Positions 48,866 through 60,069 of a stretch of 64,000 nt of DNA are shown in pieces. The stretch covers positions 1-64,000 of the forward strand of contig JAVECL010000019.1 of NCBI GenBank assembly GCA_051942245.1, in the 5' to 3' direction. Within the stretch, counting starts at the first letter, position 1, and each line of letters begins with the position of its first letter. The notes under the pieces were generated by a model that saw nothing but the letters and a program-made list of their open reading frames with translations, was not told where the DNA came from and ran no database searches. This stretch comes from Trypethelium eluteriae. Lineage: Eukaryota. Both the position numbers and the translations under genes were made by a program.

Positions 48866-50797
48866 ATGCTGATGTTGCGCCAGCTTTTCGTAGCATTCGC
48901 CCTAGCGGCGTTGGGGCAGCTTGCAATTGCAGCTCCGACTGCCACGACGAACGAAACAGACTTGCAATATGAGTACATTATCGTTGGTAGCGGTGCTGGA
49001 GGTGGCCCGCTGGCATGTAGGTTGGCCATGGCCAATCATAGTGTTCTCCTAATCGAAGCTGGCAATGATCAAAACGGAAACATCAACATATCCGTGCCCG
49101 GATATCAAGCTGTCGTTACTCAAGATCCCAAGCTTCGGTGGGATATGTTCGTCAATCACTACCAGGATCAGGAACGGGCCATGAGAGACCCAAAGTACAC
49201 CTATGAGATCGGTCCATATGAGTATCATGTGGGACCAGATCCTCCGGCCGACGCAACTCCCCTAGGGATTCTATATCCTCGAGCCCAGGCTCTAGGAGGA
49301 TGCATTTCGCACAATGCTCTCATCTGGATCACTCCCCATGCAAGCGATTGGAACAACATCGCTCAAATCACTGGCGACAACTCTTGGGTAGCGACAAATA
49401 TGGATCAGTATCTTGATAAGGTTTACGAATGGCTGCCGACTGAACCCACAGACCCTACAATCTTGCTCAATGATACAATGTTGACACAACACTTGGCTGG
49501 CGGTGCTGCCGTCATGGGTGTCGGACCAGATCCCCTCAACGCCGTCACTGGCCTGGCTAACACACTCTTGAACGATCCAAATAACCGCGCAAACCCAGCA
49601 CGCGACTCTACTCAAGGCTTTTACCAAATCCCGTTGATCATGAACGCCGGAACACGGACCGCAGTCCGCGAACACATTCAGTCTACGGTCGCACAAGGTT
49701 ATCCTCTTACGGTTCGCCAGAATTCCTTTGTCACAAAGATTAACTTTGACACGTCTGGATCCACTCCAGCGGCAACGGGAGTCGAGTTTCTCGATGGAGA
49801 GTATCTGTATCGCGCAAGTCCTCTCAGCGGTGGGACCGGGACGCCAGGGTCGGCCACAGCCTCCAAAGAAGTTATCATCTCTGGCGGTACTTACAATACA
49901 GTTCAACTTCTCAAGCTAAGCGGTATCGGGCCCGCCGATGAACTGCAAAGCTTCAACATCTCGACCGTCAGCAATCTTCCCGGAGTGGGCACGAATATGC
50001 AAGATCGCTATGAGATCCCGGTGAATGTGCAACACGGCAATGACTTCAACATACTCAACGGATGCACATTTGATGGGAAAGCGCATGACGGCTGTCTACC
50101 CAAATGGGAGAACAATCCATATGTGCTAGCCCAGAGAGGAGCGTATGCAACGAACGGGCTCGCCGCGACAATGGGAGTCAACTCGAAATTCGCCGCGGAT
50201 TCGGACATCGATCTCTACATTTTCGGGGGCCCGGTCGACTTCACCGGCTATTTCCCGCAGTGGGGAGATGCAGCTGTGGCGGATCACAGTCACTTCTCTT
50301 GGTACACGCTCAAAGCGCATACACGCAACAAGGCCGGGACGGTCCAGCTCCGATCGGCTGACCCTCTGGATACGCCGTTGATCAACTTCAACTATTTCGA
50401 TACCGGGACCACGGAAGGCGGAGCTGACAATCTGGACTTGCAAGCCATGGTGCAAGCCATCAATATGTCGCGGGAAGCTCTTTCGCAGTACTACGATTAT
50501 TCGATTCTGTTGGGTGATAGCTTTACTGAGCAGGAACCGGGTCCGGCCGTGCAGTCTGATGACGACATCGGACAATACATCAAGGATCGTGCCTGGGGGC
50601 ACCATGCGTCTTGTTCCTGTCCGATAGGGGCTGACGACGATCCGAACGCTGTGCTTGATTCGCAATTCCGGGTACGCGGAGTTCAAAATCTGCGCGTGGT
50701 AGACGCCAGCGTTTTCCCAGCTATTCCGGGTATCTTCATTCAGGCGCCTATCCTCATGGTCAGCGAGAAGGCCGCTGACGTGATATTGAATGGCTAA
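48866..50797 (+). CDS. Secreted GMC oxidoreductase
   Basis: Signal peptide, YEYIIVGSGAGGGPLA, YPRAQALGGCISHNALI, KEVIISGG..NT.QLLKLSGIG, WGHHASCSC, LRVVDASVFP. Single exon. Confidence 0.95.
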   Translation: MLMLRQLFVAFALAALGQLAIAAPTATTNETDLQYEYIIVGSGAGGGPLACRLAMANHSVLLIEAGNDQNGNINISVPGYQAVVTQDPKLRWDMFVNHYQDQERAMRDPKYTYEIGPYEYHVGPDPPADATPLGILYPRAQALGGCISHNALIWITPHASDWNNIAQITGDNSWVATNMDQYLDKVYEWLPTEPTDPTILLNDTMLTQHLAGGAAVMGVGPDPLNAVTGLANTLLNDPNNRANPARDSTQGFYQIPLIMNAGTRTAVREHIQSTVAQGYPLTVRQNSFVTKINFDTSGSTPAATGVEFLDGEYLYRASPLSGGTGTPGSATASKEVIISGGTYNTVQLLKLSGIGPADELQSFNISTVSNLPGVGTNMQDRYEIPVNVQHGNDFNILNGCTFDGKAHDGCLPKWENNPYVLAQRGAYATNGLAATMGVNSKFAADSDIDLYIFGGPVDFTGYFPQWGDAAVADHSHFSWYTLKAHTRNKAGTVQLRSADPLDTPLINFNYFDTGTTEGGADNLDLQAMVQAINMSREALSQYYDYSILLGDSFTEQEPGPAVQSDDDIGQYIKDRAWGHHASCSCPIGADDDPNAVLDSQFRVRGVQNLRVVDASVFPAIPGIFIQAPILMVSEKAADVILNG

Positions 50798-51417
50798 ATA
50801 TCAGCGTTCACTTGCTATGAGATGTCTTGATTTATCATCTGGATAAGTTGTTCAGATGGAGATTTTTTTTCATGTCTTCCTGACTTGTCAATAGTGTACA
50901 GATTACTCCGTAGATAGAGTTCCAATTTGTAAATCGATGGTCCACATTGAAGCTGATACCTTCTACGGCGTTCAAAGACGAGCTCTCTACAAGGCGGGCT
51001 AGAGTTTCTGAAGATATTGCAGTTCTTACGAGAGACAACCCTTGCAACTGCGCCAGGGAGTTTCTAATAACGGGGCCTTTTGTTGGGGGAAGCACCACTG
51101 TCATCATGCACGTGATCGCACTGCCTCATCTGAGGTAGGTACTCCGTAGATAAGGTAAGATAGAACCCGTCACCTCCTCTCTTTAGGATACAGACATTCA
51201 TGCACCATTATCCTGTTCATTTGGTGACGCGAACACTTTCGACATCTGGTTTATGACAAAGTCTCGGAGCAAAAATGATCCCAATTGAGCTTAGACTAGT
51301 GCTCCATGTATGAGCGTCCCATAATTATTTAGCACATTCAAAGGCTGAGGCATTTACTCTGAAAGGATTTTCCGTTGTTTCCAACCTGATACAGCGCGCT
51401 GCAGATTCTTTGAGTCA

Positions 51418-53492
51418 TCACTGACCGTTCTTGATATCATCAGCAATCTTCTCCGCCAGCATGTATATGGTACTCTGCGGATGCCCAGGCGGCAATAATG
51501 CAAAGGCACTTGCATCGACTACCCTCACTCCTTGAACGCCGATCACCCTTGCTTTACTATCTACAACTGCATTCGGATCATCAACGGATCCCATGCGACA
51601 GGTAACACTGGCATGCCAAACTGTCTGCACGGTATTTGCGATGGTGTTGAGGATATCTGCGTCCGACTGAACTGCTTTACCTGGGAAATACTCGTCTCCG
51701 ATCACAATTTGCTGCATGAATTTAGACGCAAAGGCGGCGCGGACCCTCTTGTAGGCAGCTATAGCGACAGCCTGATCAGTGGGGTCCGTGAGCCAGTTCG
51801 GATCGATGAGAGGCAAATCAGCGGCTGACGTTGATGATAGAGTGACTGTTCCGCGCGATAGGGGAGCTACGAGAGTGCCCAGGATTGTGGCATATTGTCG
51901 CCCGTCTTTGGGTTGATCCATGAAAAGGTCGCCGAAGTCTCCAACATATCCCGAAGCCGAGATATACTCAATTTCTGGCCAATCTGCGGGAAATTGGGCA
52001 AGAGCTGCCTGAGTCTGGGCGCTGAAATTCGATCGCATCGACTGAGGAACCTTTTCCCAACCGAGGAAATCAGCAACCGGATTAGTGAAAGGACCTTCCT
52101 GGAAAGTTGTGAAATTTGTCAACTGGGCAGCAGTATATACGTCATCCTGTGGTAAGTTAGAAGGAAGCTATTCACGCGTTGGGAAAAATCCCCTACATTG
52201 GCAAGTTTGGTCAAAGTATCAACCTGAACTGGGTAGCTCGGTCCGAAAAAGACGTGATCTGTCAAATTCTCCCCAACTCCCGGACGATCAGCAACCACGG
52301 GAATTCCAAGACTTTGAAGCTGAGCAGCAGGTCCGACACCTGACAGCATAAGTACTTGCGGGCTTTGAAATGCACCGGCGGAGACGATGACTTCTTTGTT
52401 GGCCGACAGAATAAAGGGGACACCCGCGCTTGACGCCCGGACTCCAGTAGCAGTTTTGTTTCCATCGAAAAGAATTTTCTCGCCTACACTAGCTGTGTAC
52501 ACTTTGAGATTACTATACGCGGATGCTGCGTCAAGGAAGGAAGTTTGTGAGGAATCTCGATTCTCATTGGACGGATTAATAGTCGAGGAGCAATACTGGG
52601 CACCCAAAAGACTTCCACTGTTGAAATCCTCCACAGTGGGGATCCCGATTTCACTGAAAGAACCTTGGATGTAAGAGCTGAATGGCTGAGCGTAGTTGGC
52701 GTATGAAACAGACAAGGGCCCGGCCGTTGGACTAAAAGCCGACGGATTGTATTGTGCGGACGCATTTGAGGCTCGCTTTGCGGTATTTGGTGGTGTAAAG
52801 GCGACAGATTTCTTGAAATACTGCTGAAGATTGTCCCAGGTATAGCTCTGGTCTCCCACTTGGTCGGCCCACTTCTGGTAGGAATCAACGGTCCCTCGCT
52901 GGTAGATCATAAAATTCCTGGCCGAGCTGGCTCACGCCGTTAGTATCAGCTGCTGAATCATCTGAGGCTGTCTACCTTCCACCGAGACACTTTCCTCGGG
53001 CATAATGTGTCGTCCTACCATTGCCGCCTTTTTGCGGCTGCGTAAAAAAGCTCCAATCAATAAGAGGATTGTTGTCCTGAGCGTCGCTCCCGCAAAATAG
53101 GACGTCTCCTCCTGGAGTGGAAGCGATCAAAGGACTGGTGACCTCATACAATGATCCTGCCTCATGGTTGGTATCTGACTGAAAGATATTCGAAGCAGTT
53201 TCAGTGACCGGTACGTACCCGCTTCAATGACGGCAACTGTTGTCTGAGGGTCTTCGGCAAGACGTTTCGCTATAGCTAGACCTCCCGTCCCTCCACCGAC
53301 CACAACATAGTCTAGAAGAAAGTAAGTCTTAAGGAAAAGTGAAAGAGCGTCATTTTTACCGAAGCTAGCATTTTGGCCAACAGCACCTTGCAAGCCTGCC
53401 AAAATTCCGCTCAACTGCCTTTTGCTGTATGGGTGCGGGGCACTAAATGCCACCGCAGCAAAGACAACACTCAGAAGGGTCCAAGTGAGCAT
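51418..53492 (-). CDS. Secreted GMC oxidoreductase (His/His type, versicolorin B synthase/aryl-alcohol oxidase-like)
   Basis: Signal peptide, [81 protein letters not shown]. Four introns. Confidence 0.95.
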
Positions 53493-55682
53493 GTTGAGAA
53501 GTTCCTGAAGGCAAATGCTCTAAATGTTGGTGGATAAAGGCATTTACATGATCTAAAATTAAAAGATCTGGCCACGTTCAGATACGTCAACTGTCCATGT
53601 GCTCTCCGAGGACGCATGTATCGCTTTAATGCAAGATGTAGGAAAGACGCACATGAGAATCATGCCAATGATCCCCTATTCCGATGAATTTTGTTTGGAA
53701 TGACGCCAAACCTCATGGGGCTCAAATGCTGTCCACGCTAGACCAGGACTCCCAGTCATGCACTGCTCAGGTATCGTATGTACGGAGTACATACAAGTAC
53801 TCTGCCGAAGATAATGGTGTTCTGGAGCGTCCGGCACACATTCCGAGCGCGTTTTCTGATCCCGAGCAGCCTAAAAACTGAAGGATGGTTTGATCGTTCG
53901 ATGAGTTTCATGATGTCCGAGGCGTATTGAGGCGTTGTGGGGTTTACGAGCATGTCACAACACAATAAGGTTTTTTAGCTCGCATGCAGAACTTGTATTA
54001 TTGCAAAGCTCTGCCTCGATTTGCCCTGCCCAGGGGATGGGTTAGGCCTGAATGGGATGATCGGCAGGGTCCGCCGAGGAATGAGGTCGGTATCAACAGA
54101 AAACATGAAAACAGCATGTGAGTTCGAAGCGCAAAACCTTGAAAGCCATATTTGCCGTATCTCTACTGCGGGGTGTGGTGTGCACCGTTCCGCACTTTTT
54201 TTTGCCTCTGGACGAGAGTTGTACAGGAGGTCTTGTGCATGCAGAATTTAGGGGAGGCATTTTCGTGCGGCTGCGTTTCCCCTGGTCACGCGTTTCCAGA
54301 CTTAGAACAGCCTACCGACGACCGGGGCTCACATTGCTCGCGAAAAGGATCCACTCCACTCTGCAAAAGGTGTCTGGATATTGTACGCGTTTCGGAACAG
54401 TGTACGCATAATAGCAGTCACGAAAAGGGTGGTAGGCGTTCCGAAAGTGGATACACGCGTGGACGACGCGGAAGCAAAGGATCAGCTCCTTCTCGCCAAC
54501 ACGCGGCCAAGAAGTGCAGCCTCTGTGGAGCACCTTTGGAAAGGGTCAGGCCTTCTTCTAATATTGCCATTCGAGATAAGGGATTCTTCGTGTCGGATAC
54601 CAGATCTTAACAGTAAGCTCCCTTGGAACATATCAGCCCGAAAACACCATCGTAGGTTGAAGAGCTACAGCATGCAGTATCCTTGGGACTGCCGTGCGAC
54701 CAGGAGATTCAAAGCTACTTGAAGCGGCAGTAAGTGCCACCTACAGATCATGAAGACACTGTATTCAATGCGCTCAAACGCTAGCCATCATGTTGATTGA
54801 TCAGCTCCGCTTGCGGACCATGAGTTTTCAGTCCTGAACATCTAATTACACCATTTCTGCCACTTCTCGACCCCCACAAGTGACGATTCAATTATGCGAA
54901 GATCTTCCATATTTCGTACTTCAAAGTAGCCCAGCTCTAAGCAAACTCGCCATATCCAGAGCCAATCCGTGACCAGAAACCCCTAATCGAGCCCGATCTG
55001 TTTGGGGGCCTCCTTGGACTAGAAGGGCTGCTCTGAAAGGATCTGAAGAAGCGTGTCCCAGACTGGATACCTCGCAATCGGGGTTGCACTTGGGGATGAA
55101 AATATAGAATTTAGTCCGACTCCGTCTTAGCTATCTCGAAAGAGTTTTACTGAGTCCGAACTCTAGGTTCTTAAAGCTTTAGAATGGATTGAGAAGCCTC
55201 CAGCAATGTCTCTTTCCCATCAAAGTCACATCTTGTAGCATTCTTAGCCAACGTGATTGGATCATCTTTCCGGGCCAGATATCATCCACTTCATGGATGA
55301 TAGCGATCCATCGTGAAGAACAATTAGTCGGCATTCTTGCTCGATATGGTCCATAAGTACCAAAATCGTCCCCTGCTTGAACTCGTGCGGAGGATGCTCG
55401 AGCCGCAACAAGGTTTCAGGATTTTGAACCTGCAGGACAGCACCAAGGACTCTAGGAAAGGAACCTCAAATCCAGACTCAGGGAGCATTGCCGACTACAG
55501 TGCATGCCAATTTTTCTGCAAAGCTGGTGGGTGGGAATGCCTAGTGAAATAGACCTTATCATTCAAAGCCTCCTCAGTAGTCAAGTGTCGGTAATCTGCG
55601 ATTTTATGAATCGGCGTTCCAGTTATCAAGTTCATGGGCACTGGGAAACTGCCATCGTCAACAATGTGGCCCTCGAGACTAT

Positions 55683-56342
55683 TTATGCACCACCACTAGC
55701 ATCCTGGTTATTCGCGTGGGCAACAACACTGGAGTTCTTAACAGCCAACACAGTACCCCGCTCATCCATGTTATAGACGTCTTCAGCTCGGATATTGAGG
55801 CGTATTCGTGTCGCCTCAAAGAGATTAAGAAACGCCTGCACCTGCTCAAGTGAAGCATATTCTGATTTCTTCTCATCAATTCTTCGCCCAATCTTGGTGG
55901 CAATGTCAGGGTTCCTTCGTATAAAGTTATTTACCCAAAGCTTGCCAAGGGGTGCTTGATCGCCAGAGATATAGAGGACGCGTGCAGGCATTTCGCGAAG
56001 CCGGGTGTGGCTAGGAGGAAATCCGCGTCCATCTTCTTCGAGTATCCAATTCTTCAAAAACACCTCTTGTTCAGGGCTCAACCTCTGTTGATGTTCATGA
56101 GCGGAACGCGCAGATTGACTACCGCGTAGTCGTGCAGCGAAGGTGCTCCTAGGGATACCGTACGCATCAGTGCATTTGGCCATGGACGAGAGAACACCTA
56201 CGCGATAATCTGCGATAGCTTTTTCGATAGTAAGCTCACGTTCATCCATTCTGCGGCAATGGTGGAGGAATCAGACGAAAGTTAAGGTTTTGGGAAGTAA
56301 ACGCGGTGAGTGGACGAACACCCTGAATGGGCGAACTCTCTA
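55683..56342 (-). mobile_element. Truncated pogo/Fot1 (Tc1-mariner) DNA transposon: TIR, HTH_psq, CENP-B HTH and start of the DDE domain
   Basis: ORF with YGIPRSTF..RL.G, LSPEQE..L.NWI, LGKLWVNNFIRRNP and VYNMDERG, after which similarity ends near 55735. Upstream TIR-like sequence (56305-56340) has internal direct repeats GTTCGCCCATTCA/GTTCGTCCACTCA next to TA. Confidence 0.88.
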
Positions 56343-56602
56343 CTATTGGCTAATTTACGGCAGTGGTCCAAGCTCATGGTATACAGCACCGTACGTACGG
56401 GCCTTTATAGAAATTTGCTCGACACTTCTTACGCCGCCTGGTGGACCGCGGTGAATGCAGGCTATCCATATATCCAAGAGAATTGTTCCTAGCTTATTTC
56501 TTAGATGGCCACCCTCGCACGCAGCCAGACCTTAGCTTACACAGCCATCACTAGCACATGAGTCCAGGTACTCTAGGCAGCGACTTCTCTCATACCATGT
56601 AG

Positions 56603-57400
56603 ATGAATGTACTCCATGCATTCAAAGGTCTCATCTCAGTGCCGTTCATGATGTCTACTTCTTCAGATCAATCATCAGTCATCCCACATATACACTTACT
56701 ATGCATGAAGGAGGAATACACAGAAGCTTTCAGGACCGTCGTCTCGAAGCTTGAGCTACCCTCAAGCGTGCATATTACGCATCACAACGATCGTCTCGGG
56801 GGCCTCGAGTCAAGCATCAAATTCGACTGCGTAGTCTCGCCTGCAAACTCGTACGGTCTCCTCGACGGCGGTTTCGACGACGCCATTTCACGCGCCTTTT
56901 CTCCGATTGACAACTACTACGCGCTAACTCGCCATGTTCAAACGGAGCTCTACAAGCAACATCGAGGCTTCGCGCCGCCTGGCACATGCACACTCGTTTC
57001 AATTCCAAAAGAGTACGCTGACCAGTCAAGGACTGGCGACCGCTGGGGCTGCCGATGGCTTGCGCTATGCCCGACAATGAGAGTTCCGGAGAATGCGGGC
57101 TGGAATCGTGAGGTTGTGTATGAGTGTGTTTGGAGCCTACTCTGCGCCATTGACCGACACAACAGGAGTGCGAAGGCCTCCGGTAACGCGGGACCAGGCG
57201 AGTCGGGGATTAGTTCTGTATTGATGACACCTCTCGCTACGGGCGTAGGCCGTATCAGCGCGAAGAAGTGGGCTAATCAGGCTGTGCTCGCGATCAAACA
57301 TTTTATCTACGCGGTTGACAATGCTGCAGAATGCAGTGCACTTGACTGGGCTCAGGTTACAAAATTTAGCGAAGAGGTGGCCAAAACTCATAAAATGTGA
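56603..57400 (+). CDS. Macro-domain protein (ADP-ribose-1''-phosphate processing family)
   Basis: FDCVVSPANSYGLLDGGFDDAIS, LCPTMRVP and TPLATGVG macro-domain motifs. The true start may be the MM at 56648. Confidence 0.88.
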   Translation: MNVLHAFKGLISVPFMMSTSSDQSSVIPHIHLLCMKEEYTEAFRTVVSKLELPSSVHITHHNDRLGGLESSIKFDCVVSPANSYGLLDGGFDDAISRAFSPIDNYYALTRHVQTELYKQHRGFAPPGTCTLVSIPKEYADQSRTGDRWGCRWLALCPTMRVPENAGWNREVVYECVWSLLCAIDRHNRSAKASGNAGPGESGISSVLMTPLATGVGRISAKKWANQAVLAIKHFIYAVDNAAECSALDWAQVTKFSEEVAKTHKM

Positions 57401-57938
57401 CGAGTGGCTCTGGATCCACAAGACTCAAGCTTTAAAAACAAAGGTGTATTGTTGCGATCGGTTCAACGATAGAAAAGAATACTTTTAACATAGAGCGACA
57501 TTTGCCTGTTGAGTCTGGACTTGTTCCTCGGCGTGTATCGCAATAACCCTGCAGCCATTACTTTATGCGATAGAATTGCTGGATAGAGAACGTGGCAAAA
57601 CACTAGCGAGTACGACCAAAGAGAAGCCGTACAGTCGGCCTTAGGAAAGACTTTCCAATAATTTAGAAGGTTTCTCGAAAAGGTCCTTGGGCTAATCGAG
57701 GGGTAGCCACCGTTGGAAATCCAAAATCCTGTTTCCTACTAATTGCCCCACCCTGCGAAACTCGGATGTGACGCAAGCCAATCGCATGGCCTCGTGATAG
57801 AATGGAATCACCAAGGTCTAAAGGGCAATTGAGAACGCCAACAATTGCTCGACTCTATGACTTTTCAATTCTGCGATACTATTGAGGCTGTTCACCTGCT
57901 TCATTGATAGCTCATAGTGAATTGCCCTTCGACTCGGC

Positions 57939-58953
57939 ATGGCATCACAACAATCATCCAAAGCCTCTGCTTGGGCAAAAACCAAGGCAAGCAGCAAGTC
58001 CTGGTTCGACAAGATTGGTGTTCCGGTCAACAAAATCTCAAACAAACTCGGCGCTGAGGCTTTCTGGCCGACCTCTCTTGACAAGGAATCCGACAAAGCA
58101 GCACGTATTCTCCGTAGCTTTTGCATCGATGGCTTCATGGCTGAGCAGGGCGGTGGAAAACATGGCAACGACAAGAAGCACAAGTCGCTCGATCGTATTC
58201 CTCCAGAAGTAAGTTGTTGGTACCTGAAGATATACCAGCGCCCGCAAATGTATGATATTACGGCCTGCGAGGCTAATCTAGAGCTAGGTCATTCGGAACT
58301 GCAAGGGTCTCGCCATCTTCACGGTCATGCGAGCAGGCCTGCACTGGTCCGGCGCTGGCGGCAGCGGTATCATCGTCGCGAAGACAGCAAATGGTCAATG
58401 GTCGCCACCATCAGGAATCTTGATACATACAGTGGGTTGGGGTTTGATGGCAGGCGCAGACATCTACGATTGTGTATGCGTCATCAATAATGACAACGGA
58501 ATGGAAGGCTTTACTCGGGTCCGCGGTACAATAGGTGGAGAGATTTCAGCAGCGGTTGGTCCACTTGGTGGTGGCAGCACCGTGGACTCCGAGGTCTTCA
58601 AGCGACAGGCGCCCGTGTGGACATATACGAAGAGCAAGGGACTATATGTCGGCGTACAGGTTGATGGGACTGTCATCGTGGAGCGGACAAGCGAGAACGA
58701 GAGATTCTATGGAGTGGAGAAGATCAGAAATAAACAAATCCTGGCCGGCGAGGTGCAGCCGCCAATGGGAAGCGTGGTGCAGCTATGGGAGATGCTACAG
58801 GCTGCGGAAGGTAGGGACCATGATCAGAATAAGATACCCCCTCCAAATGAGAAGAGTCCTGGGGATCATGAGCTGGAGAAGCCAAGGGAGACAAGCAACC
58901 ATGAGTACGATGAGTTTGCGGATACGAGTGAGCGAATGGATGTGAAATCTTAG
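57939..58953 (+). CDS. Ysc84/SYLF (DUF500) domain protein without SH3
   Basis: FWPTSLDKESDKAARILRSF, IPPE/VIRNCKGLAIFTVMRAGLHWSGAGGSG, WSPPSGI, YTKSKGLYVGVQVDGTVIVER..NERFYG. One intron (~58209-58288). Confidence 0.9.
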
Positions 58954-60069
58954 ATCGCTACTACCGGAGCAGCCAAAAGAAATACCGCTCGCGCATGCAG
59001 ACTAACACCTTAGAATCAAGTCGGTAGGTCACTCAGCAAAATTGTAGCTATCGAGCTCGCGATTGGGAAGCAATTCGACCAGGCTATGCTCTTGTTTTAC
59101 AGCCACATGGACCAACATATTTCTTCCGACATACATAGCGCTACCTTTCTTTCATACGATATCATACTACAGAGCAATGTCTGAACTGAAGAGAACGGCT
59201 TCGAGGCTTTCAAAGAGTATGTGCTACCGAAATCTTCAGTGAAGAATCGCAAGACCTGTACGACGAGTAATCCTGCATGATTCAGGGACTTCGATAGAAC
59301 GGAGAAACACTATAACTGCATGTAAAGGCCAGCATACTATATAAAGCTACAGGAATCAGGCACTGAAGTGCTCAGACTTTATGCAGCGTGCTATAGGGAA
59401 CTTCTACATTGTGAGATGAGGTCGGTTCTTGAGCATACTCCTTGTTACATATCCAACAGACCTTTATCGATCAGGAAATACTGTATACTTCCTTCGTATT
59501 GACATGACGCATTTCGATAGCATTCATAGATTACCCTCGTACTTTTGCAATTGTTTCCGAGAAAAGAATAGGATAGCGAGTGGCAGTGATGTCGGAGATT
59601 TCGCCCTTCTCCATTGTCGGTGGCAATTGGAACCGAGCGGCGCTTCAGTTAAAATCTTTCGCTCCACGACTGTTTGGTTGACCCAGGATCGTATCGAGAT
59701 TTAGGGCGTGTCGCTAATCTGATCTCTTCAATTTGTTAAATCTGCAGTACATGTTTGGGGCCTTCCCAAAAGAGAGCGGAAAGTCTATTGCATCTCACGA
59801 CCGCCGTGCGGAGAAGACGGGACAGCGACAGAATCCTACATCTACACCTTTCCCATAGTTTTTAGCCAACGGCTAAAACGGAATGGCCCACAGGAGACAG
59901 CATCCACAAAATCACGGCCTTCATCAAGGTAAAGAAAGGTCCATTCCCCGCCAGACGGAAATGTCGTCATACGACATAACCGACAAACTGGTCAAACATA
60001 AAACGCTCAATTGTAGGTGTACGTAGGTAAGGCACGTTCGTCTGCTACTGTTTGTCTCTACATTCCAAT

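Noticed and set aside
53684..55100. Overlapping ORFs of 65-152 aa upstream of the second GMC
   Set aside because: No motifs or convincing splice structure; most likely promoter or intergenic DNA.
1..56342. The TIR at 93-137 and the TIR at 56305-56340 as two ends of one giant element carrying the cluster
   Set aside because: Their sequences differ and both point the same way (element interior to the left), so they belong to separate elements.
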